Of a stretch of DNA of 64,000 nucleotides, positions 1 through 14,037 are shown piece after piece. The translations under genes were made by a program, and so were the position numbers. The notes beneath the pieces are model-generated. The model had not been told where the DNA came from and made no database searches. It saw only the letters and a program-made list of their open reading frames with translations. Numbering within the stretch: position 1 is the first letter of the stretch; the number at the start of each line of letters is the position of its first letter. Source of the DNA: Antedon mediterranea (lineage: Eukaryota > Animalia > Echinodermata); NCBI RefSeq assembly GCF_964355755.1, contig NC_092676.1, positions 8,285,888 to 8,349,887 of the forward strand, read 5' to 3'.

Positions 1-992
1 CATGCATTTGACACTCTATAGTGGATGATCGACCAAAGTGTTGCAGTTTATCTTTCTGTGGTTATAGTCGGGATGGGGGGGGGGAGGGAGGGGTGGTAGT
101 TGAAAGTGGTGGTGGATGGGCATGTGGGATCTGCTTAGGTTAGCAAATAAAAGAAGTAAACAAATGAAAGAGGAGCTTCAAAATAAGAGAGGAGTAATCT
201 GTTGCAAAGACTAAAATTCACAACGATCTGATAATTTATTCAAATTTCCAGAGGATATAACCTATAAAATGACATTAAAACTGGAAATTACAGAATCTAT
301 AATTAAAAATTAATTTTTTTTCTCACAACACAACTAGAACTATATAAAACATTAAGAATTTTTCTGACCAATGAGTTTCAAATCAAATAATCAAAGAAAA
401 TAAAATGTTTTTACTAATATACCATGTTTTTTTTAATAAAAATGCCTATGTTTCTCGCAACACTGCTTGTAGATTTTAAATTTACCCCAGTATTTTATTT
501 TAGAAATCAATTATTAAACATTAGAACTACCTATTTGTAATAAATCAGCTAATAAAATACACCACTTTGGGCGTTATGGTGAAGTAAAGTTTAGTTGCAT
601 TGAACAATTAAAAAAAAGTGAAAAACACCCCTTTTTAAATAAATGGTATCTCCCAAAGTATGAAATAAAAAAAAATAAAAAAATTTGAAACAGGTACACA
701 ATGCATTGTTATTATGCATACACTAATTATTTTTTATAATTAAATGAACATCACAAAAATATCGTTCATCAAAGTAGTACCAATATCCATTTTTAAAAAC
801 CTTAAAAAAGGACAAAATTTGTCAAAAACACAAATTTTGCCGTTGCCATGGAAATATACGTGTGAAATAAAGAATACTTCATATTTGATTTCTCTCAACA
901 CATATATAGCCATGTGCAAAATTTGAAAGAAATCCATTTTTTGAGTCTGCCACTCTTTTTGATATTTCTTTGATTCTTACAGACAATGGCTC
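1..992 (-). mobile_element. Kolobok-like non-autonomous DNA transposon, partial (runs off window); inverted copy of 26294-30162
   Basis: Ends ...ACAGACAATGGCTC followed by TTAA (993-996). Near-identical reverse complement of 26294-27290. A purine-purine terminus with TTAA target is the Kolobok signature. Confidence 0.75.
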
Positions 993-1253
993 TTAAGTAT
1001 TTAATAATAATAATTAAATTTCTTTAAATGAAGACCAATTTTCAATTATTTTTATCTTTCAAAATTGAATAATTTATTGATAATTGTTAAATATTTTACT
1101 AATGCTAAGTGATTTTTAAAATATATACTGTATACTGTATGTTGATTAGATTATGAAATGATACAATGCATAATATGCATTGTTATCAATTATTTTATTA
1201 TCAATTTAAAAAAAAAAATTAAACAAAAAAATTGATGTGATCAAAATACTTAC

Positions 1254-1325
1254 AGTGTTGTCAGTGCTGTCAAACTATCAAATACATTGGCTGGCAATGT
1301 ACTTATTTGGTTATAGTGCAAACGC
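1254..1325 (-). CDS. 72-bp LRR exon RLHYNQISTLPANVFDSLTALTT(L), array 1
   Basis: Minus strand TTTTAAG|G CGT TTG CAC ... ACA CT|GTAAGT; open frame, phase 2/2. Confidence 0.8.
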
Positions 1326-2846
1326 CTTAAAAGTGAAAACAATGTACAGTAAAAATTACAATATGCAAGCTTTATACAACTTTGTTTTACTTTTAGCCAA
1401 TGAGACATTATCTACATAGTAAATGCTGATGAGTATACTTTAATTAGTATAAATAAACTATGTTAAAATAAGTAAAGTATTATTCTCATTAACACAATTT
1501 GTATAACAAATTCTAAATATTTGTTATTTTAATATATCTCTTTAAATCTCTTTAAATGAAGACCAATTTTCAATTATTTATATCTTAAAAAATTGCATAA
1601 TTTATTGATAATTGTTAAATATTTTACTAAAGGTTAGAGTCCAAATACCTTCAATTCAACAATGTACATTAAAAATTACAGTATTCAAGCTGTTCAGAAT
1701 CTCAACTTTTATTTTTCATACACATTTTGAATTATTTGTATAGTCTTTCAGTCAATGATAGGGACATTATCTACATAGTAAATGCTATTGAGTATACTTT
1801 AATTAAGCAAAAATAAACTATGTTAAAATAATTAGAATGTGTTATTGAACATAATTTGTATAACAAATAATAATGATAATGAATATAACCTAATCATAAA
1901 CATTTATTTTTCATATACATTTTGATTTTTTTTATAGTCTTTCAGGGACATTATCTAAATAGTAAATGCTGATGAGCTTACATTAATTAGGCAAAAATAA
2001 ACTGTTAAAATATGAAAAATGTTATTCTCATACACACAATTTCTTAATGTATTTAATAATTTAATAGTTAAATCTTTTTAAAGGAATGTTAAAATATTAA
2101 TAAAGTGTTATTCTCATGAACACCATTACTATAGCAAATTGTAAATATTTGTTACATATTAAAAAAAAGTATTTAATAATAATAATTAAATTTCTTTAAA
2201 TGAAGACCAATTTTCAATTATTTTTATCTTTCAAAATTGAATAATTTATTGATAATTGTTAAATATTTTACTAATGCTAAGTGATTTTTAAAATATATAC
2301 TGTATACTGTATGTTGATTACATTATGAAATGATACAATGCATATATTCATTGTTATCAATTATGTTATTATCAATTAAAAAAAAAAAATTAAACAAAGA
2401 AATTGATATGATCAAAATACTTACAGGGATATCAGTGCTGTCAAACTATCAAATACATAGTTTAGTTACGAGATAGGGACATTATATAAATAGTAAATGC
2501 TGATGATACTTTAATTAGGCAAAAATAAACTGTTAAATTAAGAAAATGTTATTCTCATTAATACAATTGTTTTAGCAAATTCTAAAAATGTGTTATCTTC
2601 TTTAATATATTAATAAAATAATAATTATATATCTTTAAATAATGACCAATTAACAATTAAAATCTTTAAAAAATGAATAATTAATATTGATGGTTAATAT
2701 TTTATTAAACCTAAGTTTTAAAAAAGTATATACTGTATGTATTGATCACATTATGAAATTATACAATTAGGAAGTAATATGAATTATTTTATTATGTATT
2801 TTTACAACAAATTAAACAAAGAAATTGATAAGAGCAAAATACTTAC

Positions 2847-2918
2847 AGATGTGTCAGTGCTGTCAATCTATCAAATACATTGGCTGGCAATGTTCTTATT
2901 TGGTTATTGTACAAATAC
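2847..2918 (-). CDS. 72-bp LRR exon YLYNNQIRTLPANVFDRLTALTH(L), array 1
   Basis: AG acceptor, GTAAGT donor, open frame, phase 2/2. Confidence 0.8.
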
Positions 2919-4009
2919 CTTAAAAGTGAAAACAATGTACAGTAAAAATTACAATATGCAAGCTGTATACAACTTTGTTTTACTTTTAGCCAATGAGACA
3001 TTATCTACATAGTAAATGCTGATGAGTATACTTTAATTAGTATAAATAAACTATGTTAAAATAAGTAAAGTATTATTCTCATTAACACAATTTGTATAAA
3101 AAATTCTAAATATTTGTTATTTTAATATATCTCTTTAAATCTCTTTAAATGAAGACCAATTTTCAATTATTTATATCTTAAAAAATTGCATAATTTATTG
3201 GTAATTGTTAAATATTTTACTAAAGATTAGAATCCAAATACCTTCAAAGTAAAAACAATGTACATTAAAAATTACACCATTCAAGCTGTTTAGAATCTCA
3301 ACTTTTATTTTCGATATAGATTTTTGAATTATTTGTATAGTCTTTGATAGGGACATTATCTACATAGTAAATGCTGATGAGCATACTTTAATTAAAGATA
3401 TATTTTCCCTCTGAAAAATATTCAGAGGGACAATTCAGATATTAATAATGAATAATTTATTTATAATGTTAAACACTTTACCAATGCCAGGTGGTTTTAA
3501 CATTTGTACTTTATATATTGATTAAATTATGAAATAACATTTTTAAAACAAATTAAACAAGGAAATTAATATGATAAAGATACATACAGGGATATCAGTG
3601 CTGTCGAACTATCAAATACATAGTTTAGTTAAGGGATAGGGACATTATATAAATAGTAAATGCTGATGATACTTTAATTAGGCAAAAATAAACTGTTAAA
3701 TTAAGAAAATGTTATTCTCATTAATACAATTGTTTTAGCAAATTCTAAAAATGTGTTATCTTCTTTAATATATTAATAAAATAATAATTATATATCTTTA
3801 AATAATGACCAATTAACAATTAAAATCTTTAAAAAATGAATAATTAATATTGATGGTTTATATTTCATTAAACCTAAGTTTTTAAAAAGTATATACTGTA
3901 TGTATTGATCACATTATGAAATTATACAATTAGGCAGTAATATGAATTATTTTATTATGTATTTTTACAAAAAATTAAACAAAGAAATTGATATGATCAA
4001 AATACTTAC

Positions 4010-4081
4010 AGCTTTGTCAGTGCTGTCAAACTATCAAATACATTGGCTGGCAATGTACTTATTTGGTTACCACCCAAACTC
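4010..4081 (-). CDS. 72-bp LRR exon SLGGNQISTLPANVFDSLTALTK(L), array 1
   Basis: AG acceptor, GTAAGT donor, open frame, phase 2/2. Confidence 0.8.
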
Positions 4082-5704
4082 CTTAAAAGTAAAAACAATG
4101 TACAGTAACAATTACATGCAAGCTGTATATAACTTTTATGTTTTACTTTTAGCCAATGAGACATTATCTACATAGTAAATGCTGATGAGTATACTTTAAT
4201 TAGTATAAATAAACTATGTTAAAATAAGTAAAGTATTATTCTCATTAACACAATTTGTATAACAAATTCTAAATATTTGTTATTTTAATATATCTCTTTA
4301 AATCTCTTTAAATGAAGACCAATTTTCAATTATTTATATCTTAAAAAATTGCATAATTTATTGATAATTGTTAAATATTTTACTAAAGGTGTTAGAGTCC
4401 AAATACCTTCAATTCAACAATGTTCATCAAAAATTACAGTATTCAAGCTGTTCAGAATCTCAACTTTTATTTTTCATACACATTTTGAATTATTTGTATA
4501 GTCTTTCAGTCAATGATAGGGACATTATCTACATAGTAAATGCTATTGAGTATACTTTATTAAGGCTAAAATAAACTGTTAAATTAAGAAAATGTTATTC
4601 TCATGGATGAACACAATTTGTATGACAAATTATTTGTTATCTTAATGTATTAATATAATAATTAAATCCAAATGAAGACCCAATATTATCAATAATATAT
4701 TTGTATATTGTATGTATTGGTCACATTATCTACATAGTAAATGCTATTGAGTATACTTTAATTAAGGCTAAAATAAACTATGTTAAAATAATTAGAATGT
4801 GTTATTGAACATAATTTGTATAACAAATAATAATGATAATGCATATAACCTAATCATAAACATTTATTTTTTATACACATTTTGATTTTTTTTATAGTCT
4901 TTCAGGGACACGATCTAACTAGTAAATGCTGATGAGCTTACATTAATTAGGCAAAAATAAACTGTTAAAATATGAAAAATGTTATTCTCATGAACACAAT
5001 TTCTTACTGTATTTAATAATTTAATATTTAAATCTTTTCAAATGAATGTTAAAATAATAAAGTGTTATTCTCATGAACACCATTTCTATAGCAAATTCTA
5101 ATATTTGTTTTCATATAATAATTATATTAATTAAATCTCTTTAATTAATGACCAATTAACACTTATTACATTATAAAATGATAAAATGCATAATGTTTAT
5201 TTTTATAAAAATATATTGTTATTTATTTTGAAAAAAATAATTAAACATAGAAATAAATAATTGCAAAATACTTTAGGCCTACAGCTAATGTCAGTGTTGT
5301 CAAACTATCAAATACCATGGGCTGGCAATGCACTTATTTGTTGATGTTCATAAAGGAATAACAGTGATATAGTGGTTGGGGTTAAGGTATAAAAAGTGTT
5401 AAAATAAGAAAGGGTCATGAGAAAATTGTAAATATTTGTTACATATTAAGTATTGAATAATAATACTTAAATTTCTTGAAATGGAGACCAATTTTCAATT
5501 ATTTTCATCTCTCAAAATTGAATAATTTATTGATAATTGTTAAATATTTTACTATATTATGCTAAAGTGATTTTTAAAATATAAACTGTATACTGTATGT
5601 TGATTACATTATGAAATGATACAATGATTAATATTCATTGTTTTAAATTATTTTATTTTCAACTTAAAACAAATTAAACAAAGAAATTATTATGAGCAAA
5701 ATAC

Positions 5705-5776
5705 AGTATTGTCAGTTTTGTCAATCTATCAAATACATTGGCTGGCAATGTTCTTATTTGGTTATTCCACAAAGAC
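5705..5776 (-). CDS. 72-bp LRR exon SLWNNQIRTLPANVFDRLTKLTI(L), array 1
   Basis: AG acceptor and open frame; donor weakened to GTATTT by a small deletion. Confidence 0.65.
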
Positions 5777-6170
5777 CTTAAAAGTAAAAACAATGTACAG
5801 TAACAATTACAATAATCAAGCTGTTTGATATGTCAACATTTATTTTTCATATACATTTTAATTTTTGTTATAGCCTTTCAATGACATTATCTACATAGTA
5901 AATGCTGATGAGCTTATAATATGAAAAATCTTGTACAATTTCTTTATAAAATCAAAATATTTGTTATCATCTTAATGTATTTAATAATGTAATATTTAAA
6001 TCTCTTTAAATGAATGTTAAAATAATAAAGTGTTATTCTCATGAACACCATTTCTATAGCAAATTGTAAATATTTTAATAATTATATTAATTAAATCTCT
6101 TTAATTAATGACCAATTAACACTTATTACATTATGAAATGATAAAATGCATAATGTTTATTTTTATTTAA

Positions 6171-7099
6171 TAAAAATATATATATAAATATAAATATATT
6201 TTATTCATTTTTTGTATAAAAATAATCAAAATATGCACATTTTCCATACAATTAGCTTCATAATTAAAAATGTTCAATACAAGTTGGGTAGCAATGGGTA
6301 GCATATTGTGTATGCTTTCATTTGATACCATACAGTTTGTCCATTGGCATTTTAAAGAATAATTTAACACAAAAATGTTTTTTTGGTTGTCATTTTTAGG
6401 TCAAAGGTCAGTAAAAGCATTTCCGGTCATTTTTTCGCTAAAAGTTGTGTTAGACGGAATATAAATATGTATATTCTGAACAATTTGACACAAAAAGAAC
6501 ACTTGAATTATTTAATATTATAAATAAACCAAAATAAATTTACACTATTTAAAATACTCATTTTAATAAAAATAATAAAATATGCACATTTTTAACAAAA
6601 TTAATATAATATTTACAGATTTTTAATACAAGTTGGGTATCAATGGATAGAATATTTTATGGGCTTTCATTTGATACCAAATATTTTTTCCAAACACTTA
6701 AATTATTTAATATTATATAAATAAACATAACAATTACACTCCCAAATATTCATTTTTTGTATAAAAATAATCAAAATATGTACATTTTCCATACAATTAG
6801 CTTCATAATTAAAAATGTTCAATACAAGTTGGGTAGCAATAGGTAGCATATTGTGTATGCTTTCATTTGATACCATTCAGTTTGTCCATTGGCATTTTAA
6901 AGAATAATTTAACCTGAAAATGTGTTTTTTGGGTCAAAGGTCAGTAAAAGCATTTTCAGTCATTTTTTTTGTGTTAGACCGAATATAAATATGTATAAAT
7001 CTGTACGACAAGTGGTTGTCGAGATATAAGAAGCACATATTTTTAACCTTTGACCCTGATTTTGGGCATGTTCGTCCCGGATAGCGAATTTGGCACACA
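6171..7099. mobile_element. Probable DNA-transposon remnant with internal direct repeats
   Basis: 6200-6490 is repeated at 6750-7000, with a third partial copy at 6555-6690; the block interrupts the LRR array abruptly. Confidence 0.4.
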
Positions 7100-8740
7100 T
7101 TCCATGTTGTTCGTTGGGGTCAAATTATCCTATAACAGTTGAGATATTCTCTCCTAAATTAAATGCATACAAATCTGACCCAGGTCCTAGACTATGTGGA
7201 ACACCTTTGAGGTTGCGGACTTTCGGGCAAAATAGCAAGCATTTGGATTTGGTTTCATTAAAAGTAATATCATGGTCACTAGCAAAACCTTCACAGAGTC
7301 CAATTGGGCTTTGTAAGCCAGTCACTGACGGAGCCAAAAGGACCAAGTCATCGGCAAAGCTTAGGCAATTCAGTTTAAGACTGTTAATTTCACAACCTTC
7401 TTTTGACTTAGTCAGTTCAACAGTTAACGGATCAGTGTACACATTGTAAAGTAGAGGGGACATAACGCCTCCCTGGCGAACCCCATTACGAACAGTGAAA
7501 GAATCGGAAACGGAACTTCCCCACCTGACAACAAATTCCTGATTCCTATACCATGACCTCAGTATCTTAACTACAGTTGAAGGGGTACCCCTGTCAATTA
7601 GGGTCTTGAAAAGTGTCCAGTGGTTCACTTTATCAAAGGCTTTGCTAGCGTCCAAGAAACAGCAATAAACTGGGCTACCATGATTGCTGTAATGCTCGAT
7701 AATCTGTTTAAGAGCAAATATACACAATTCGGTTGAGTGACCAGATTTGAAGGCAAACTGGTTGTCATGGGAGTCCAGTGAATTACCACAATGTTGTATC
7801 ATTACAGACTCTAGAAGTTTAGAAGCTACACATGCCAAAGCTATTGGCCGATAATTCCCTTTATCAGTGATATTCCCTGATTTAGATTTAATTACCGGCA
7901 CAAGCGTGACTTTTGTGAGATTACTTGGAACAAACCTGTGAACAAACATAGCCTTAAAACATACACTTAAAATAATACTAAGTCGCTCAGAAGCGAATTT
8001 GAAATGCTCATTGCATAGACCATCATATCCCGCTGCTTTAGCATTGGGCAATTTATCAATTAATAGCTTAATATTATGGGGTGAAACATCAATTTCACCG
8101 TCTGTTCAGTTTTCAAGAGTTTCATTAACAACAGTCTTATGCTCAGATGAGTCAATACTATTAAATAAATCGGAGAAATGTTGACGCCATAGGTCACAAA
8201 TGTCATTTTCCCCCTTAGCACTACCAATAATGTTAGACTGGGAATTGGCGTAGCTGGATTTCTTAACCTTACCCCAGAAACTATTATAGTCCTTATCATC
8301 AAAAGACTTGGCCATCGAGTCCGCCCTTAGCATTTCTTCGTTAGATTTATACTTTCTGAGGGCATTTTTTAAATTATATCTAGTGATTTTCATGTGTTCA
8401 TAGATGTGGCCATATCTGGGTTTACCCAACCCACGCCACTTCAAGAATGCTTCCCGGGCATGTTTATGAAATCCAGCTACTCGGTTATTCCACCCAGGGA
8501 CAACATTGACTTTTTGATTTTTAGTCGACTTAAAACACCACTCAGAACTGACTTTCAGACACTCAATAATATTGTCATATAAATCACTAATATCATTGCA
8601 ATGGCATTCATCTTTACATGAGGAATCATTACAAAGTATACCATCGCAATTGAGAGTAAGGTTACTAAGTAAGGATTCAGTTATCTCATTAAAATTGTTT
8701 ATATCCTCCCTCTTAACATTATTCCAGTTAACTTTGATAA
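7100..8740 (-). mobile_element. Decayed non-LTR retrotransposon (LINE, RTE-X-like) ORF2 fragment
   Basis: ORF 7125-8051 has RT motifs YRPIAL, FLDASKAFD, GVRQGGVMSPLLYNVY and FADD. The upstream part (8106-8444) is frameshifted, and both ends are truncated. Confidence 0.9.
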
Positions 8741-9090
8741 TTTTTTTAAAAAAATGTTATGTACCTTTTTTAAATGTTATTATATTATTTATTATTGTTT
8801 TATTTCAATGAAACTTCGCACCTTCCTTAATTAACTATTGTTCTATTATTATGCAAAATTTTCATTAAAATCAACCCAATGGAACACTTTCAATTTAAGC
8901 ATAAAACATATGTTTTATGAAAATCATACATAATTTACGCCATCTTTTTAACCAATATACTACACAAAATGTTAAAATGTATCTATTTATTTGTCTCAAA
9001 ATAGAAAAACACCAAGGTAATGTAAATAAATATTGTTTCAGCTATCATTTTCTGTAAAAATAAAAAAAATGTTATTTTTCAGCCTTTTAA

Positions 9091-9695
9091 CACGTTCACT
9101 GCCACGGCGTATTTATACGTCAAAAATTGCGTGTCGCTACTTGCCAAGACGTAATACTACGTCAAAATCGTAGCACTTTTGTATTGTATGTAGAATCGCT
9201 GGCAGTGGTGATTGGAACAGGAATTATCGCATGGCAGTTTATGAATGATGTACGTAAACGATAATCTAAAAATAAATGTCATATGTTTGTTTGTGTTTAT
9301 TCCCTCATGCATTGAATATGGTTGATACGATGGCGCCCTCACACTCAATATAATCATCTCAAACATGTCATAAATTGCACTAATAGTAAATAAAAATAAT
9401 AAAGGATGAAATGATTCAGTGTGGTTTACTGTTTTTATCTCTCGATGATAGGTTTGACCGATTTTAGCGCGGAAAATCCCCGACGTATATTTACGTTCCT
9501 GGCAAAGTCAATAAAATTGTTGGACCATTGCCAGTGACGTATTTATACGTCTCAACGGTTTTTCCCGCCATCGTATTTTGAATGACATCATGATAGTCTG
9601 TGACCAGATGTTACACTTTCAAACTGTAATTTAATATGTAAACGGGACTTGGCACTGGGACAGAAATTACGGAAAATGCCTTGGCAGTCAATGTG
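9091..9695. mobile_element. piggyBac-like MITE
   Basis: TTAA|CACGTTCACTGCCA ... TGGCAGTCAATGTG|TTAA: TIRs plus TTAA duplication. Confidence 0.75.
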
Positions 9696-9764
9696 TTAAT
9701 GTTTTTTCTTGTTTCTACAAATCTACAAATGCGATCACTTATGTCAGATTTCGCTTGCATGTGC

Positions 9765-11185
9765 CACATATACCTTTTTTAAATGTTATATACCTTTTAA
9801 ACTAATTCATTGCATATTACTGTGTTATAAGCTATAGTATGCTTGCATGAATTTATTTATTTATTTCATGCTTTTAATACTTTATTATTTATATCATGCT
9901 TATATTGAATAAAAACACTGTCAAACATTGAAAGTAAATAACTGTGTGAAGTATAGCTGATAATAAAGTTTGGTTCTAGCTAGGACGCAACGCAAGGCTG
10001 TAAGCCGAGATGAAAAGTTTGGTCTAGCTAGGACGCAACGCAAGGCTGTAAGCCGAGATGACCAATGACAAGCGACAGTTCTTGCGTTGTGCTTACGTCT
10101 TTACGATTGCGTCGTAGTGGGAACCATGCTTAAACAATGGTAGTGTTGAATCTAACCCAAGTAATGTACTGTACAGCATTAATACAACATCACAAATAAC
10201 ATTACAATCTATAACTAACTTGAAAATGTATGGTTTCTATGAATGACTGTAAAATTTTGTGGAAAAGGGCTTTGTTATTTTTTGTATTGTTTTATAATTA
10301 TAAATAGAAGTGAGTATACAAACTTTGAATGCAAGGTGATTTTCCTGTGTCTAGATGGAATCTGAAAGTATTGGAACAATAAACAAATAATAACTAATAA
10401 TTACTGTATGACTTTGTACTGAACTTTTTATTTATTTTGAACTTTTTTTATATTTATAATTACAAAAAAAAAACCCGTTTTCTTGGTAAAATAGAGAAGT
10501 GATTAAGAGTAAAAAATACAAAACTGATTGGCAGGATGAACCTCAAAACTATAATAAAAGTATTAACAGAAAAATGGCAAACAGGTTGAATTCAATGTAG
10601 TAATAAAGTTGATGCAGGATTAATAAATATACGTTTATTTCTAATATTGTAGTATTAGAAATAAATGTATTATCAATTATGTACATATCATAATGACTTT
10701 GAAGAAGCAATGGTCGTTGTACAGGAAGTTCAAAATATGCAAGTGGAACAGCATTGCCAAGTCAGCCAATCAACGACTCACAACAGTTACGAAGATTCAG
10801 CCAATCAAATCTAAGTCAAAGCTTGTTAATTTTTTACAGCATTCATCATCAAAGCCATTATGTTATATACATAATTGAAAGCAATACACTTTACATTATT
10901 ATTTTCCTGTTTCACTTCAAACTTCAAATCGATATATTAAATTAAGGCTGTTCGTCTTTTACATGGTTAAAGGGTCTTTCACACCTGCAAATAAACCGGA
11001 GCCAGACCAAAGCAAGTGTGAAAGAGGCTTTAGATAATATGAGCTTTTTTAAGGAAATTTTGCAGATTTGTGTACTATTAGTTTAAATTGTAAATATCTT
11101 TTCTATTATTTTCTATTTTCGTACAATAACTTTCTTAAATATTCCTCTTTAAGAGCAGGCTGGTCGCCTCCTGGACACTCCCTTT
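9765..11185. repeat. Segmental duplicate of about 33060-34440
   Basis: Colinear similarity starting at the 19-bp minisatellite and including a shared small MITE (9960-10130 vs 33250-33370). Confidence 0.85.
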
Positions 11186-12903
11186 ATACTTGGTGATATT
11201 CCGATCCTTTTGGAAATAAGTCCTTACTGTACTTTGATAAGTTCGGTCAATGTCCCACTTTTATTTCATCATCTTTTAAAGTATTGAAATACATTGCACG
11301 TAATAAATAAAATCAATAAATAATAGCGTTCAGCTTGATATGATATGATAATTGAGTATACAATCTTGGGTAATGGCAGGGAAGAGTGATATTTCCCTCT
11401 TCCCTGGTAATGGTTACTACAAGCTGTATGTTAAAGCAACCGATAGAAAACATCTTGATATACCGTATGGAACAATAGTGTGTGATCCTCTAAAAGCAGA
11501 TGGTACCATTGGCGAAACAGGAACAATCAAGCTCACGATAAAGCTTTATTTTAAAATTACTTTTTGTTTGACGAACTGTGTTGTGAATGTTTTGTTTGAA
11601 TACTCAAATTATAACACACTGCCCTCTAATTTATTTTCTTAATGCTGCTTTTAATAGTAATAATAAATATTAATGACAATCAAATACGAATATAATATAA
11701 TAATGGAACTTTGATTAAGTACTCCTCAAGTTTTTTGCATTTAGGTTTGGTACTCCTTAAGTTGTTAGAATTCAAAACATTTTACGAAAGTAGTACGTCA
11801 TAACATTACCAAACAACATCAATCAATTCTTTCTTTAAATCTACGAAATCGTCAAATAATTAATAATATTACTAAAATTGATGATTTAAATCTTCACATA
11901 TAATTTATGTTAATTAACTTTTCAAGTCTTTACTTAACGTTGTAGACAATTAGTACAACATACAGTACCGATTTTTACCAAGTAACTAAATTCAGGTTTC
12001 TTTAGAGTTGAGTTAAATAATTAGTTATTTGAAGTTAAAACAACTTCATCAAAAAATTGTACGTTTTTAGACACATTTAAAAAAACTAAAATATTCACAA
12101 ATCTACTTATACTGTATATAATACAATTAAGGAATGAAATTCAAAACCTTGTAATCAGATATTAGTCATTATTAAGAATGTAACATGTTTTATTTTCTAA
12201 TTTGCCGTTTTATAACATTCGACTTTCCATACCTCTAGCATACAATGTAATCATCACCATATCTGGTTAAACTTAAATGTTCTTAATATACTAGGTAAAG
12301 TTGTAAATAAATGGATTGAGAAACAACCAAATAATATTAATTGATACTTCCATAATATTATTTGATACTTTTATGATATACGTATTTAAACATTAGGCCT
12401 ACTGTATAAATATTGTTTGTACAGATGTCAAACAACTCGAGAGGTCGAGAAATTAAAAGACCTTGAATAATTTATAAAGCGTATTAATATAAACCAGTGA
12501 ATGATAAAATCGTAAAATATAAACAATTAGTGTTTGCCAACTTTAAACGTGCAGTATAATATTTTAAAAGGATTACAATTAAAGATAATCCATTGTTATC
12601 AGATATATATAATATTTTTAAATGTAAAGATTACATGAATACAATAGATGACAATTTTGTAAGCGAAAACAAGTTCAAATGTAGAGTTTTGCGCAATAAA
12701 TAATTAAATCACATTGTATTAAGTGGAATCTGTTCAACTGCCAGTTGACGCACTTTGCACTTAAACATATCGGCAATTGTGTAAAGATAAGTATTGTCTG
12801 AGAGGTTTATAGAAATGATCGATGTCGCTGCCCAAACATATCATCAGGAATCCTCATCCAATCCATCTCAGAACCAATTACCATTACAATTATCCGGAAC
12901 CAG

Positions 12904-12940
<37 letters not shown>

Positions 12941-13460
12941 TTCATCATCCACCCTGGTTTGCTTTCCATATTTATTTGATCTTGTTTCATATTCCGTTGA
13001 GAGTTGTCCATCATTTCTTATTGGACACGAATGCTTTGAGGTAACACACTGCAATTAAAATAAACCCAATGCTGTTAAATGAATAGAAATTACAATAAAA
13101 TCATCCTTTTCAGGGACTTCAGAGGCAGTGCAATCTTTATATTGCCTACTCATAATAATTTTCTCCAAAATATTATGTGTACAGATTCTCTTAATATTTT
13201 TTTTTAAAATTAATTAATTCATTTTTTTTAATATTGTCTTTACTTTTATGTATGGTTTGGACTTTCGAAAATATTAAATAGGTCAAGTTCTTAAAGCTAT
13301 AGTTAATTATTTGCTGTAGAGGGTGTAGATGCAAACAAATGTTTGTGGAACTAGGGTGGTAAATTAGGTCAAGGGTCATCGATCCATACCAAAATATTGG
13401 GGAAAAAAATTTACCTCCTACAAGCCACATTTTAAAGCAAATCTCTACCATCAACTAGAG
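11100..13460 (-). pseudogene. Heavily decayed LRR coding remnant
   Basis: Minus-strand fragments broken by stops and frameshifts: LQQIINYSFKNLTYL, IPDDMF, SIISINLSDN, LKILYISDN, FLDLSS, LVFLNVSKN, LNSNNLRS, LDCSC. Confidence 0.55.
12904..12949. repeat. (CAT)n microsatellite
   Basis: About 15 CAT units with one interruption. Confidence 0.95.
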
Positions 13461-13946
13461 GTTTGGATTTGTGTATACATTTCATTTTAAATAGTATTCA
13501 TACATTTTAACGTTAAAAGGAGATTGGACGCCATATTGGATTCTGGCATGATGATGTCATTGTTATCGACTCAATTTATCAACTACTATGAGAAGTAGTT
13601 ATTAAAGTAAGCCTCGGCTAATTTTAATCATCATAACACAACTCCAAGTAACAAAACCCGTTAATTGGTTTCCCTATCCCCTATATATAGGTATTTGTGT
13701 GTGTTAATAGGCATTTGTGTGCGTTATATAGGCCAAAATTTAAAAGTGCCATACAAAATTTGGGGGATTTTTTTTCTGACATTGTATATGGTATACTCTA
13801 TCAGAAAAACCCAAAAAGAATTTTCCTATACTTTTTTCCCGCACCATGGGTGAGCCACTTGATGGTGATTCTTTGCTTTTTACTAAAACCGTTGTGTCGA
13901 TTTTGTTTTTCCTCGACAAAATAAATAAAATGAAAAGAATAAAAAT

Positions 13947-14037
13947 CTATACTTCTCTTGTTTGTTCATCTTTACATGATGGTTGACAGTAATCAATAAC
14001 GCCTACGAGGCAACACAGTCTTGAACAATCTGTGTCC
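13947..14037 (-). CDS. Terminal exon (L)DTDCSRLCCLVGVIDYCQPSCKDEQTREV*
   Basis: Polypyrimidine acceptor TTTTGCTCTCATAG, phase 2. The LxTDxxxxCC..CxP pattern resembles the hinge that follows the LRRs in type-C LGRs (RXFP/GRL101-like). Confidence 0.7.

Larger units (their letters stand above)
993..6170 (-). repeat. Tandem array 1 of LRR exon+intron units
   Basis: Recurrent intron blocks with 4 intact 72-bp LRR exons, 3 acceptor-only half exons, 2 donor-only half exons and 1 degenerate exon. Homologous to 16200-24390. Confidence 0.9.

Noticed and set aside
1405-2030. Hammerhead-ribozyme-like CTGATGA followed by a stem (GCTTA..TAGGC), repeated in the array introns
   Set aside because: The required GAAA reads AAAA/AATA, the NUH/stem I register does not fit, and many copies read CTATTGA. 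A snoRNA box C/D reading is also unsupported.
11352-11642. Plus-strand 96-aa ORF (YKLYVKATD) as a cadherin-like or viral gene
   Set aside because: No ATG at the called start, no supporting exons, and it overlaps the minus-strand decayed LRR remnant.
12794-13058. Poly-Ile and poly-Ser ORFs
   Set aside because: Translations of a (CAT)n microsatellite.
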